From positions 8,122,001-8,186,000 of the forward strand of contig OZ024748.1 of the NCBI GenBank assembly GCA_964016885.1: 64,000 nt of DNA. The letters run 5' to 3'. Below the pieces are notes generated by a model. That model saw only the letters and a list, made by a program, of their open reading frames with translations. It was not told the DNA's origin and searched no databases. Both the position numbers and the translations under genes were made by a program. Source of the DNA: Eledone cirrhosa (Eukaryota). Each line of letters opens with the position of its first letter. Position 1 is the first letter of the stretch. Positions 26,651-41,446 of the stretch are shown one piece after another.

Positions 26651-28788
26651 ACATCTTTAGGGCCAACACAAATGGTAGGCTTGATCTGTTCAACTATTAT
26701 TAAACCCCCTTGATGTTGGCCAATGAAGTTATATTGTGTTTCATAAACATCTTGATCTTTTAACTATCTAAAATATAAAAATGTCATGTTATTGTTTTCT
26801 TTAAAAAGAAATTAGAAGTAGATTCATATTCTATCACTAAAAAGACATCATTTTTTAAAAAAGAAAAATAGCAATATATATATAGATCTATTGATTTATC
26901 AATTTATTTATTAAATGTCATTACAAAGAAGTGAGCTTGTGAAGAAGGAGAAAAATATTAGTAAGGTAGGCTTTATGAAAGTGAATGGTCGTTGAAGCTG
27001 ACCTTGGAGTTGACATATACCAAGATGTTAGGTGAACAGTCAGAAGAGGCTTTAGTGGTGATAATGTTTTTATTTCAAAGGACAATGACGAATTTGAAGA
27101 GCATCCAACTAAAGGAACCATGTCAAACAAAGAATTAAGAGGACTCTTCATTTGTATCAGAGATATGACAGCCTCGCTATGTATATGTTTTTTCTTTGTT
27201 TTGTTTTGTTTTGTGGAGCGAAAGACTGCTAGTCTTCATTAAGACATCTCTCTAGGAAAAGATCACTCTGATATAAAACTTGCGACATCGTTTACATCTA
27301 AAGATGTTGACCAGTTATTCTTTTTGGGTAATTGCATTCGATGTTTAGAGAGTGGGATTGGCCTTGTGCAAAGCCTTTCCTCACTTAAAAAAGTTTCAAG
27401 TACGAGCATTGCGTGAAATGTGACATTTTTGCGATGGACTATAAAGTCACCTCCATGATGCTCTTGTTTAAGTATCAAGCGATGGAATTACTCGAAATCG
27501 AGTTGCAGCCATCATGTATGTATGTATGTATGTATGTATGTATGTATGTATGTATGTATGTATGTATGTATGTATGTATGTATGTATGTATGTAGGTGCC
27601 TACCTACGAATGTATGTATGTATATTATTATCGTCATTCATCAACAATGTTTCATACACAGAGCCTCGTTAGCAAAGCAGTATAACACATGATTAGCCAG
27701 GGACCACAGCATGGAGATAAGGTTTGTTCGGTCTCCATTGACATTTAACTAAGTACAAGTGCAGTCTGCAACAATAATACAATAATTCATATCTCAGTTA
27801 ATTATGTTGCTACACAGAAAAATATTCTACATTGCATACGACAACTGCCAATTGGCTGATAGGCAAATGTTTGGCTCGTGTTTATCTTAACGCTGCTTTC
27901 ACTAGCTTATCAACATGCTGTATATATTTTGTTCTGTCTCCCTCCAATGATTGTTTCTACATCATCAAACTAACGGGTTGTGTATCACACAATTATTTCG
28001 TCTCCCAGTTCTCGTCATTCTTGCCGGAGCCTGTAAAATCTGTACAACAAAAACCTTAACAGAGTTATGTATAATACATATAAATATGCTAATGTATAAT
28101 TATAAAATATTATAGCATATTATTATACAAAAACATATTGTATATGATTTCATGTATGCTTTTATGAATTAAACTATGTTAGTTCTACCACTAATCAAAA
28201 TCCTTATATATTTTGTTTAATAGTTCAACTCCCAAGAACAGAAGGTTTTCTTTGCTAACATTTTATTCACGTCAATGTATTTCTTGTAGATATGATAAGA
28301 TATACTTCATTAAAAATATGCACAGTACTGTCAAAGAAGATATATTCCTACCGGACAAAAAAGGTTTTTCAGAATCAGCATTCATTTGTAGAAATAACTA
28401 ATATTTCATTTCTGCTCAACCTTAAGTTGAGATATACCGAGATATACCGAGATATACCGAGATATACCGAGATACACCGAACTGTCGATATCGAGAGATG
28501 ACTTATGCTTTCTTGTAAAATATAATTAGAATATGTATATCATTTGTCATCCACATATCTAGAGAAAAATAAGGAGCAATGGAAGGAATATCCGTCAGTT
28601 TCGACGATGAGTGTCCAGTTGTTCGATCAATATAATAAGTTGGGGCGCAGGAATAAAATCTAAAATCAAATCATAAACTTCATTAGTGAGAAAAGGAAAT
28701 TTATTGAAACTATATCTGAAAAATATATCTATTATTATTATACAATGATATTAAATAAATGGAAACTATATTTATAAAACCATATGTA

Positions 28789-28845
28789 TTCTATTATATA
28801 TATTTCAAGGGTACCAAAACTTTGGTACGCTTTCATCAGATAAAA
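28789..28845 (-). ncRNA. Type I hammerhead ribozyme motif in a PLE-like fragment (28741-28868)
   Basis: UUUUAU-CUGAUGA-AAGCGUACCAA[AGUU]UUGGUACCCUU-GAAA-UAUAUA-UA^AUAGAA; intact core; homolog of 1881-1939. Confidence 0.82.
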
Positions 28846-28963
28846 TACAAAGTGTGTTTTATAAATTTTGACATAGCCAAGGAACATACCTTATCAGTTG
28901 AATTTTCCTTGGATAGTCTATTATTATTATATATATTTAAAGTCAGAATATAATGCTATATAA

Positions 28964-29296
28964 TTGTTTCTACTTTAGGCACAAGGCCAGCAATTTGAAG
29001 AGGGGGGGGGGAGTTGATTAAATCGAATCCAGTGCATTACTGGTACTTTGTTTTATCGACCCCATAAGGATGAAAGGCAAAGTTAACCTCGGCGGGATCT
29101 GAACTCAGAAAGTAAAGGGCCGTAATTCTATGCCACAAAACATGGTGTCTGACGCTCTACCGACTTTGCCAATCCACCCCGTAACTATATGTTGCTAAGT
29201 ATGGTGTCCGTTGCTCTACCGACCCTGCCAATCCACCCCGTAACTATATGTTGCTAAGTATGATGTCCGTTGCTCTACCGACTCTGTCAATCCAGC
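28964..29296 (-). mobile_element. SINE A with a tandemly repeated 60-bp head segment
   Basis: Full copy at about 28964-29180 plus two 60-bp repeats of the head and flank. Confidence 0.85.
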
Positions 29297-29762
29297 ACAC
29301 TACCATCTGTAATAATGATATATATTAGCAGATAATTGCCATCAATTAGTGAACCATGGAAATATCTCACTGGCTTCCTGACATTTACTTTTATCTTCTC
29401 AGTACGTGGTTCCTTGTCAATCTCTTCCATATTTCCTCATAGTCAATTATCAAGAGAAATCCAAACGTTATTTTCATGAATACAAATCCAATCACTTTTA
29501 AGATAGGTCAGCTGTTCGTTTGGCAGATTAATAGCTCCCATACCCATTAACTATTAATATGCTTCCCTGTAATATGCTTCCCATTACAACAAAAGCATCA
29601 ATGGCTAATTATTTCCATGGCATTTCAATAAACCAAGAGTAAAAATATGATTTTTACACACAACAAAAAATTGTTACCTATTTAAATCGTTTTATACTTT
29701 CAATGTTTAAATATTTGCCTTATAACATGCAATAACTAATATATGAATATATGCTTAAAATA

Positions 29763-29854
<92 letters not shown>

Positions 29855-30292
29855 GTGTGTGTGTGTGTGTGCGTGCAGACTTCCTAATTGTGTGTGTTAT
29901 AATGTAAAGGTTCCATGAATAAATCGGTAAAATTAACCTAAAAGTAAATATTTATTTCATGAAATAAATAGAAAGTCAAATGTGAAAAGCGGAGGTCATA
30001 GACTGGAATTTCAGCTCAATTGTATGATCGAATACAACTTTTAACAATCAAATAAATTAGTGGATTATTATGTTGAAATGTGAAATATCAATAAATATTT
30101 ATCTGTCTCCCACACAAATGTCATCGATAGATTTGATTGTACGATTCTTTCGAATCAAATGCGTCAATCATTTGGTTAATTGACATCAAGTAAATACCTC
30201 TCTGAGCTACTACCTGCTGTGCTATTTGAACTCGGCACGTAAATTAATATACTACAGGGAGGACCTTCATTTTAAGTATATTAACATAGGAA

Positions 30293-30510
30293 GGCGTGTG
30301 GCTGAGTGGTTAGAGAATTGAATTCACAATCTTGAGGTTGTGAGTTCGATTCCTGGACCGAGTGATGCGTTATGTCCTTGAGCAAGACACTTTATTTCAC
30401 GTTGCTCCTTCTACCTGGAGTTACGACCGATAGATAGTATTAGCAACTGGAAAGACCGACGGAAACGTTGTTTCCTCGGTTCGATTTGACGAAAGTCGAT
30501 CGATCCTTTT
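30293..30510 (+). mobile_element. tRNA-headed CORE-like SINE family B
   Basis: A box TGGCTGAGTGG, B box GAGTTCGATTCC, CORE-like GTCCTTGAGCAAGACACTT; direct repeat TTAACATAGGAA at 30281 and 30511 may be a TSD. Confidence 0.78.
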
Positions 30511-31005
30511 TTAACATAGGAATCACTCCTTTCTATCAATCACACGATATCTAAGATATTTAAGCACAGGGTCGATATTAAAAAAAAAGCATCTGTCTAG
30601 TACTGGGGTCGATTCTTTCACTATATCTCTTTTTCACTTTCTCTCTATCACCCTCTTTCCTTATTCTGGAAGAAATTGACCGTGTTCACATATGGAGAGG
30701 GATGGGTTCTGTCGAGTTTAAAGGAAATGTCATAGAAACGATATATGTCACAACAGCGCCTCTACAACTCTACCAGGAGTTACATGTACACACATACATA
30801 CATGCACACATACATACATATATACATACATATATACATACATACGTACATACATACATGCACACATACATACATATATACATACATATATACATACGTA
30901 CATACATACATGCACACATACATACATATATACATACATATATACATACATACGTACATACATACATACGTACATACATACATACATACATACATACATA
31001 CATAC

Positions 31006-31052
<47 letters not shown>

Positions 31053-31094
31053 CATACATACATATATACATACATACATACATTCATACATACA

Positions 31095-31603
31095 ACAAAC
31101 GAGGAAGAATATATTGAGACAGATGGCACTAAGGAATACTGGTGGAACCTGAAAATAAAAACTGCCACCAAATTAAAGCACAACCGGCCTGATATTGTAG
31201 TTTGGGACCACACATTGAAAACGTGTTCTGTTGTGGAGATCAGCTGCCCACTTGATGTAAACGTTGTCAGAAAAATACAGGAGAAGGAGGACATCTACGG
31301 ACCATGGATGAGGAGTTTACAAATCCAGTATCCAAGATACACCTTTAGCTTCATACCCATCATTATTGGTGCTACGGGTTATATACCAACCCGCTTGGAC
31401 CAAAGTATGACTGAACTTGGATTTGCGGACAAAAAGCGCAGCTCCCTAATTCATAGTCTACAAATGGCTGCGATAGCTGGCACCTTCAAAATTTGCAAAA
31501 CATTCTTGCGATTCAAGGGATGACAATTTCTTTTCTTTTACAACCTTGCCACCAGGAAGGTGGCCGGTCAAAAAATATACTCAAAATTAAGAGAAAGAGA
31601 AAA
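31095..31603 (+). mobile_element. 5'-truncated R4/Dong-like non-LTR retrotransposon (restriction-like endonuclease C-terminus, stop at 31523) inserted in (TACA)n
   Basis: Uninterrupted frame YWWNLKIKT..KHNRPDIVVWD..CSVVEISCP..EKEDIY..IPIIIGATG, a PD-(D/E) RLE signature; (TACA)n on both sides. Confidence 0.88.
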
Positions 31604-31654
31604 CATACATACATACATACATTCATACATACATACATACATACATACATTAAC

Positions 31655-31705
31655 TACTGCTGCTGTTCTTGATGATGATGGTGATGATGATGATTATTAG
31701 GATGT

Positions 31706-31744
<39 letters not shown>

Positions 31745-31840
31745 CGAGGAGGAGGAGGATGTGGATGATGATGGTGATGATTAGATGATGATTAAGATGA
31801 TGATTAGGATGATGATGATGATGATGGTGGTGATGATGTT
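31655..31840. repeat. (GAT)n-type microsatellite
   Basis: Direct reading. Confidence 0.9.
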
Positions 31841-32496
31841 GGCAGTAAGTTGAAATTTAAAACATCTCGTTTACTAGACTCAAATAACATAAAATTCACT
31901 CCGTTATATAAGACTTATTTTTACTTCTTAGTTTAGCAAAGAAATACAACATCTTGTTTTTTTTTTGGGGGGGGGGGGGGGGGGATTTTTTATCAGATTT
32001 ACTGAAGGGGAACAACATTTCATTTCAGCTAATTTCACCGAACTCTTCTTCTTCAAAGTGATCCAAAAACAGAATTTTTCTCGAAGCCCTTTCAATGTCC
32101 AGTTTCGTTTCGTCTTTTTACTTAACTGAGCTTAATTGAAATGTTTAGTGTAAGAGGCGAACCTAATCTATTTAGAAGACAGCTAATCCGGTGTAACGTT
32201 TAGAAACTCTTATTTGCAAATGTTGCAGTAATATCTCAGGGTTTTCTCTTTGTTTCTCTTTGTTTTTTTTGTTGTGTTGTTGTTGTTTTTACTGAGAGGA
32301 GAGGTCGTAGAGTTTAGCTACTTAGAAGAGGAAGGAAGAAAGGAAATAGATAGTTATATATATATACAGATAAAATGTAATACAGGTAAATATAATACAG
32401 GTAAATATAATGCAAGTAAGTATATCAGTGACCATCGTGCCTTTTGGCTATTCTATAAATATGATATTACTGTAGATATGGAGACTAACCATAGCA

Positions 32497-32797
<301 letters not shown>

Positions 32798-32808
32798 ATC
32801 GCCCACTT

Positions 32809-32859
32809 ATTTAACATGTTTGATTATTGCAGGGTCTGCAATAATCAAACATGTTAAAT
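32809..32859. repeat. Perfect 24-bp hairpin with 3-nt loop
   Basis: ATTTAACATGTTTGATTATTGCAG-GGT-CTGCAATAATCAAACATGTTAAAT. Confidence 0.95.
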
Positions 32860-33499
32860 TGCTGCCAGTATTGCAAATACATTGTCTTGTTTTGTCTAGT
32901 GCGAGGAAAGCTCCAACTATCACGACACTTTAATGTCTGTTATGATAATATTCTTGGGTCACTCTCTCTCTCTCTTTCACAACACTTTTTTATGATATAT
33001 AGAGAGATATTATATAAACCTACATATATTTAGATATTCATTAATGTTAACTATTTTCGCTTAGAAAGTAGGTTTTCAACATTCAACAAACCTTTTTGAC
33101 CAAATTCCATCGCTATATCAGATGCAAATGTTCTTAAGTCCAGCTGTGACTCTTCATTGTAGTTTTATCCAGAGTAGAATATAAGAACGTCATGAGATGA
33201 ATTATAAACTTAACATTCGTGTTTCTTGCTGTTCTACTAAATACATAAATCTGATATATTTCTATACGTATTTACGCAGTCTTGGTCAAACTCTGTACGG
33301 TCGCTCTAAAGACCTATTTTCTATTTTCATTTTGAACCCGTAACTCCTGGTAGAGTCGTTGTAGGGGAACTATAGTTACATATGGCATTTTGAGGGTACT
33401 TTATTTTAACTTGGTGTTGCCCATCCACTCTCCTGATCTCAATTACTTACTGAGTAAGGAAGCAGGAGCGATAGAGAGGAAGTGAAACAGATATATAGA

Positions 33500-33895
33500 G
33501 TAAGAATTGACTCCAGTATTCGATTGGTACTTTTTTCATCGACCTCGAAAGGATGAAAAGCAAGTTTGACCTAAACGTGATTTGAACTCAGAACACAGAC
33601 AACCGGAACAAATACTACAAAACATTCTATCCGACGTTCTAACGACTCGGCCATTTCGCCGCCTTATTCAGCAAATAATGGTCTCTGATTTAGGCACAAG
33701 GCCAGCAATATTGAGGGAGGGGAAAGTTGATTAAATCGACCCCAGTGCGTTACTGGTACTTTATTTTATCGACCTCATAAGGATGAAAGGCAAAGCTAAC
33801 CTCGGCGGGATTTGAACTCAGACCGTAAAGGGCCGTAACTACATGCTATAAAGTATATTGTCCGTCACTCCACCGATTCTACTAATCCACTACCC
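33500..33895 (-). mobile_element. Two SINE A copies (older variant about 33500-33665; about 33680-33895)
   Basis: Match to SINE A consensus. Confidence 0.85.
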
Positions 33896-34424
33896 TCTTA
33901 TTAATAATAAAACTAGCTCTAGAATATGATAAATGTTGTACAGTGTAGCTTGATAGCAATCCGTAACATGGAATGACATTTGAAAAGTAAATCAAAGAAA
34001 ATATGTTATGCAAATATTTTCCAGCATCCGTTTATCATTAACAAACTATAGTATTAAAACTATATCAATGTCATTATTGATGTCCTCATCACCATTAGTA
34101 TTATCTTCATCATCATTATCGTTATTGTTATAATTATCTACAAGTTGTTGATGATATCGTTAAAGAATATATGAAAGCAAGTGATAACATGTTTTGGATA
34201 ATCGATGCCTGTGTGTCTATAGATAACAGCTTCTCCTATAGTGTCCAGGGCACACTTGGAATGGAATTATCTATTGTGTGTGAGTTCATATTAGTAAGAA
34301 AGCTATGGTGAAAGGTCAATAGACTGTATAGGCAGACATTTATAAAGTAACATATCTCACTAAACATCAATTACATATCATGGTAAAATTATTCAAAATG
34401 TATTGTGGTTAGAATGTCTCAGGA

Positions 34425-34651
34425 AACAGCCACTGGACAGATTTTATGCGTAAAACCAACCGGCAGGAGACTCAGGGGTAGACCCCGAGCAAGATGGTTG
34501 GATGACATCCATGCGCTTGGCTGGTCTTGCTTTGGGGATCCAGCCGAATCAGTTGGAGACGGATGCTTCTGACAGGACTCGATAGAAAGAGTGTTTGAGG
34601 ACACTGACCCTACGACCATCCCACGAATAAGTGGGTGAAGAAGACGAAGAA
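34425..34651 (+). mobile_element. RTE-clade LINE 3' fragment
   Basis: ILCVKPTGRRLRGRPRARWLDDIH (RTE GxRxRGRPxxRWxD motif); ends in a GAA-type tail. Confidence 0.85.
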
Positions 34652-35051
34652 CTATTGTAATTGTTCAACTCTACACCATTATTAGTAAATAAATAGCTCT
34701 AGACCACGAATTCCTGACGTTGGTTAGAAACTCCGTTGATGAGAATTAATGTATAATGAATTACAGTTAAACAATCTTTCCAGAAATATCTCAAGTAATT
34801 TTTGTCTAAAATCTTGAACAAAAGAAAGGATTACAAGCGTAAAGCATTAATGTTGAAAACAATCAGAAATAAATGCCGAACTAACACCAAAAATAACCGC
34901 ATATTATCAACCCTGAACATTTTACAAAAATGAAATTGTGAAAACACAGCTTGATAAGAAGATATGCAAAAGTAAATAGAAATAATAAAACAAACGACAC
35001 AGCACATTGAAGAAATATATTAGTTTGACGCTTGAAATAGCAGGAACAGAG

Positions 35052-35087
35052 TCTTAACGTTTCGGACACTAGTCCTTCACCAGAAGA
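35052..35087 (-). ncRNA. Minimal PLE-type hammerhead motif with one core mutation
   Basis: UCUU-CUGGUGA-A-GGAC[UAGU]GUCC-GAAAC-GUU^AAGA; within a PLE-like end at about 34880-35160 abutting (CA)n. Confidence 0.7.
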
Positions 35088-35170
35088 TAAAGTTAGAAAT
35101 AGAAGATAAAATAGAAAGATAGATAGTGAGAAGAAGGAACGAAGGGAATGAGAGAAAAAAGCACACACAC

Positions 35171-35285
<115 letters not shown>

Positions 35286-36110
35286 GACAGACGTGCGTAT
35301 TCAGTCAGTCATTAAAGTACCCAGAACAGATTTAATAATCGGGTTATTGACATTTCCAGAAATCTATTCACCTGTATATTCAAAAACTCTCTGATAAGAG
35401 GATTTGATTAACCAATCCATCATGGCGGCCTCTGCAACAGATCTTATTTCAAATGTTATAACTTTGCAATAGAACAAGAGATATCTACAAAATATCTGTT
35501 AAAAACGATATGAAACTATGATCTATCTCTACACACTTTTAGTAAATAACTATACAATCATTGCTTACGTATATTTCATACATATAAACCTGGTGTATAA
35601 CATTTAAATATAGCAATGAAAATCAGTTCTGTTGATATTAGCGGCCGTTAAATCTTAACATCGACTGAAAGCTTCCGTTGAAATAATGATATTGATGGAG
35701 TCTTAAGATTAGTCCATTTGAGACAACCTTTTAGTTATATGTGGTAGTAGAGAGACGTGGCATCAGTTAAGAAAAATCACTTCATGGTCCTTTAGTAGCT
35801 TTTAGTGAAATCTATTATGTTGCAAGTAATCCGGCCAAGTTTCTCATATATGGATAACTTCCAACCTCCACCATACCTTTCTACTTCCATTCCTCCCCTC
35901 CTCCTTTCCTCCCTCCCTCTCTCCCTCCTTCTTCCTTCTCCCTACCACCCTTCTTCCCTTCCTACCTTCCCCTCCTCCTACCTTCTCTTCCTCTCTTCGT
36001 CTCTTTCTCCAACTAATGACCAAAAATCTGAAAAGGGGTCACGAACTTCCTCCCATCTATTCTGACTCATCTACTAAAAACAAAACAACATTAAAAACAA
36101 ATACATTAAC

Positions 36111-36236
36111 CAAGCACTCAGATGGGAGTAGGACAAGATTTTGCAAGAGATAGGAAGACATTTTCAAGGAATCTGCATCTAATTCTTCATACGGCCCAAA
36201 TACTGCTTGGCTGGCTGATCTCCCTTTAACAGATAT
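36111..36236 (-). CDS. Possible isolated 126-nt coding exon of an unidentified gene
   Basis: Acceptor tttctatttcttcAG, 42 open codons (ISVKGRSASQAVFGPYEELDADSLKMSSYLLQNLVLLPSECL), weak donor GTTAAT; no recognisable homology. Confidence 0.2.
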
Positions 36237-36818
36237 CTGAAGAAATAGAAATACTCTAAATAACAACAGATATATATAGCAAGTATATATTAATCTTAAA
36301 GTTGAGAAGGGTGCCAATGGCGACATTAACTGAGAGTATAGGCTCTACTCTATCTTAGACTTGTATTCACAACATTAGGTCGTCTTTCAAGTTCTATACA
36401 ATCACAAATGGCTTCAGAGTGATATAAAACCATTAACAATTTCAACATATCTTTAACAGCAAATTATAAAATGATTGCTTACATAAAAATTATATACATG
36501 AGATTGAAATATATCAATGGGAATCCATTCTACTGACATTAAAACAGAAAAAACCCTCACATCACGTGAAAGCTTTCTTGGAAATTATGATATTAATAGA
36601 TTCCTTTCCATCGGCTTATATTTCAAAGGTAATGTTTTGCAATACTTGGCAAGTAATAGCTAGAAAATACATGTAGAGCAAAAGAAATGTCAAATCGTTA
36701 AATCTTAAAGATGAAATGGAGAATATGGATAGTTTGGCGAAAAAAAACCTTAAACATTAAATATATACTCAATATTAATTTTCCATGCAAAACGATATTC
36801 TATTCCGTTATGTTCAGA

Positions 36819-37402
<584 letters not shown>

Positions 37403-37666
37403 ATAAAATATCGATTGAAATATATATAAATATTAACACGAGATAATTTGTAAAACAAAATGTAAGAACACAGTTCCATAAGGTAACATATTAAAATTTA
37501 ACAAAAATTTCAAAAATTTCAAATATTGATACCTGGCAATGATTATTTATACTCCTTCATACATATTCAATTATTGCTCTTAAAATATGTTTCACCCATA
37601 AATAGTGAAGTTCAGAAATAAACATGTTTTCCACTATGTTCAGACTTAATATATATGTATATAATA

Positions 37667-37825
37667 TAATATAATTGAATATAAAAGAGGGATAAACACA
37701 GATATAAACATATATCTGTTCAAACCGTAAGGGACCATATATGTTTATATTTGTGTTTATATCTCTTTTATATTCAATTATATTACACGGATCAGAAAAA
37801 CCTCTTTCTTTGAGCTATTTAATTG
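37667..37825 (+). mobile_element. Short fold-back insertion (inverted arms plus tail)
   Basis: Arms 37667-37715 and 37737-37785, then tail cacggatcagaaaaacctc. Confidence 0.55.
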
Positions 37826-37970
37826 TAAGAGACTATTTTGAGTTTCTAATTCAATCTGTTCACATGCCAACACAAGAGCAAGAATGAAGGGTTCATTCTA
37901 CTGGCTTGGCTATAAAATTGAGGCTTGTTTGCATAATTGCAAACGAATCGAATGTTATTATTAATATTCG

Positions 37971-38068
37971 CCGAGGTTGACTTTGCCTTTCATCCTTACG
38001 GGGTCGATAAAATAAAGTACCAGTAATGCACTGGGTAATTTGCTGGCCTTGTGCCTAAAGTAGAAACA
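37971..38068 (+). mobile_element. 5'-truncated SINE A with 14-bp TSD
   Basis: TSD ATTATTAATATTCG at 37957-37970 and 38069-38082. Confidence 0.9.
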
Positions 38069-38134
38069 ATTATTAATATTCGAAAAACCCAGATTACATT
38101 TATTGTATTCACCCATGTAGAGCGAAAAGAGTTT

Positions 38135-38182
<48 letters not shown>

Positions 38183-38188
<6 letters not shown>

Positions 38189-38464
38189 AAAAAAGATGAA
38201 ATCGAAAATGCAACTGGAGTCTTTTTTTTTTAAATATATATATATTTATTTGGTTCCAGATGTGAGAAAAACCACAGACCCTCCATCTCAATTCTACTTT
38301 TGAAAAGCAGAAGAACTGCGAAACCGGTAAAGGAACCAAATAAATATATATATTTAAAAAAAAAAAGACTCCAGTTGCATTTTCGATTTCATCTTTTTTC
38401 CTTATTCTTTCACTCGTGTAGGACACTTCGGTTATTTTTCATTTTGTAAAAAAAACCTCACTTT

Positions 38465-38467
<3 letters not shown>
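38183..38467 (+). mobile_element. PLE-like fold-back insertion in (TA)n with a decayed HHR
   Basis: Arms 38183-38257 and 38332-38405; spacer holds CUU-UUGAAAA-GCAG[AAGAA]CUGC-GAAAC-CG-GUA^AAG (38297-38332); tail to 38467. Confidence 0.7.
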
Positions 38468-38533
<66 letters not shown>

Positions 38534-38616
38534 ATAAGCAGAACAAGCAAAATTCAACCAATTTTTTAAAACAAAATTTAAAAAAATATAATTTAAATAT
38601 TTACCTATTCATTTGG

Positions 38617-38695
38617 CCCTTACCGATCGGTTTCGCTTTGTAAAACACCAGAAATCCAATGGATTTCCAATGGAAAATCAAAGCTCATCAGAGAA
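38617..38695 (-). ncRNA. Hammerhead ribozyme motif with extended stem II, in insertion 38531-38845 flanked by (TA)n
   Basis: UUCU-CUGAUGA-GCUUUG..(insert including hairpin GAAAUCC/GGAUUUC)..CAAAGC-GAAAC-CGAUCG-GUA^AGGG; intact core, palindromic stem III. Confidence 0.8.
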
Positions 38696-38841
38696 GCATT
38701 TTCCTTTCCTAGGGCTAAAGACCCAGGAACGATAAAATATATTGTTATCTGCCAGCTAGCACAGATTCGAAAGGCCGAAAAATGACCTGTACGTGAACTA
38801 CCCGAGGTGAAAGCGGAAAAGCATAGACGTGTTGTCTATCT

Positions 38842-38892
<51 letters not shown>

Positions 38893-40056
38893 TTATTTAT
38901 TTATTTATTTATTTATCACACCTCATACACTTCCTTCCCATCTTTTCACTTCATCGTTCCGTCATTAAACTCTAAACTTTGGTAGCTATAACAATATACA
39001 AGGACATCCGTAGGAAATATTATTGTGGGATAAATAAGATATCATTAATGACACTCCTGTTATGATTGTTGTTGTTGTTGCTGGTGTTGCTGCTGTTGCT
39101 GCTGTTGCTGTCTAGTGTTGTTGTTGTTGTTGCCGTTGTTAGTGATGGTAAGGTGCCTACTGTTGTTAAATTTGGGGGGTGATGTAGATGCTGTTGTCGT
39201 TATTGTCGTTGTTGCTGTACCAGCTGCTAATTGAGGCAGCAAACTCCAGTCCATTACTGGCTTCACATACACTTCCACCTTGTCCGCACAAGCTCCCACC
39301 ATTAAAACAACGGGCTAGCTACTAGTTATGAAATAGTAACCTACCTTAAATATCTTTTATCGACTACTTTCAGAATATCAAGTATTGAACTTATCGTATT
39401 TGAATTGATTGATTTAAAACATAATAAAATAAATACCTGTCAAATTTAGTAAGAATTACCTCAATCGAATTAAGTATAGGATAAGAAGACATATTAGATT
39501 AATTATGAAATAGCGTGTAGTTTATTGCATTATTCAAATTCTTTAGAATAGAGCTAATTAAATATCATTTTCAAAATAAAATTTTAAAAAATGATGGTAG
39601 AGATAGTTTATATTCCAATGTAGGCAGACATTTATAAAATTGGCAGAGACTGGTAGTACTTACAAGTCTAATTGCTTTTCTACAATAAGTTACTTAAAGA
39701 AAATATAATATATAAACATTACTTAAGTTGACTACAATTTCAGAGCTTATTAGTAAGAAACTGTCAAGATTTTAACAGCAATAGACATCTATGGAAATAA
39801 TTCTACTTAGAAAAGTAAAATGGTGTATAGAATTATATTGTTGCGTACACATAGGTACTAAAAGGTTTTAAATATATATATATGTGTGTGTGTATGTGTG
39901 TGTGTGTGTAAAAATATCGCGAGATATAGAAATCAGTGATATATAGATGTAAAGATATCAAAATATACAATTATCTGATATATCATATGATTTACCAGCA
40001 TCAGGAAAACAAATATATTAATAATGAAAAGTCTCACACACACGGACACATATATG

Positions 40057-40233
<177 letters not shown>

Positions 40234-40349
40234 ATTAAATGTGCTAGTTTACAGATTCTAAGATTGGCTGACATACAACGTACAGTAGTTTTCTAACCCA
40301 TATAATGATAAACAAAGATAGATTGTGGTGATTATATGTATGTTGGGTT

Positions 40350-41446
40350 TGGTGTAGTGTGGTGTAGTGTGGTGTGGTGTAGTGTAGTGTGGTATAGTGT
40401 AGTGTGGTGTAGTGTGGTGTGGTGTAGTGTGGTGTGGTGTAGTGTGGTGTAGTGTGATGTGGTGTGGTGTAGTGTGGTGTGGTGTAGTGTAGTGTGGTGT
40501 AGTGTAGTGTGGTATAGTGAGGTGTGGTGTGGTATAGTGTGGTGTAGTGTAGTGTGGTGTGGTGTGGTGCAGTGTAGTGTGGTGTGATGTTGTGTGGTGT
40601 GGTGTAGTGTGGTGTGGTGTAGTGTAGTGTGGTGTGATGTTGTGTGGTGTGGTGTAGTGTGGTGTGATGTTGTGTGGTGTGGTGTAGTGTGGTGTAGTGT
40701 AGTGTGGTGTAGTATAGTGTGGTGTGGTGTAATGTAGTGTGGTGTGATGTTGTGTGGTGTGTTGTAGTGTGGTGTAGTGTAGTGTGGCGTAGTGTAGTGT
40801 GGTGTAGTGTAGTGTGGTGTAGTGTGGTGTGATGTTGTGTGGTGTAGTGTGGTGTAGTGTAGTGTGGTGTAGTGTAGTGTGGTGTAGTGTGGTGTGATGT
40901 TGTGTGGTGTAGTGTGGTGTAGTGTAGTGTGGTGTAGTGTAGTGTGGTGTGGTGTGGTGTTGTGTGATGTAGTGTGGTGTGATGTTGTGTGGTGTGTTGT
41001 AGTGTGGTGTAGTGTAGTGTAGTGTGGTGTAGTGTGGTGTGGTGTGGTGTGATGTTGTGTGGTGTGATGTTGTGTGGTGTGGTGTAATGTAGTGTGGTGT
41101 GGTGTGATGTTGTGTGGTGTGATGTTGTGTGGTGTGGTGTAGTGTGGTGTAGTGTGGTGTGGTGTGGTGTGGTGTGATGTAGTGTGGTGTGATGTTGTGT
41201 GGTGTGTTGTAGTGTGGTGTAGTGTAGTGTAGTGTGGTGTAGTGTGGTGTGGTGTGGTGTGATGTTGTGTGGTGTGATGTTGTGTGGTGTGGTGTAATGT
41301 AGTGTGGTGTGGTGTGGTGTGATGTTGTGTGGTGTGATGTTGTGTGGTGTGGTGTAGTGTGGTGTAGTGTAGTGTAGTGTAGTGTGGTGTAGTGTGGTGT
41401 GGTGTGGTGTGATGTTGTGTGGTGTGATGTTGTGTGGTGTGGTGTA
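40350..41446. repeat. 1.1-kb pentanucleotide satellite (GTGTA/GTGTG/GTGAT variants)
   Basis: Direct reading; source of the 402 and 410 aa HTT-rich ORFs. Confidence 0.95.

Noticed and set aside
26970-27180. Acidic stretch resembling a pogo/Tigger transposase C-terminus
   Set aside because: Too degenerate to support without a homology search
30289-30360. tRNA gene
   Set aside because: A and B boxes are present, but it continues into a CORE-like SINE body and no clean cloverleaf is evident
30702-31094. N-terminal half of the 273-aa ORF
   Set aside because: Fortuitous read-through of (TACA)n into the retrotransposon fragment
39060-39302. ORF with poly-T/N/Q tracts as a possible terminal exon
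   Set aside because: Mostly trinucleotide microsatellite, with a poor splice acceptor and no recognisable domain
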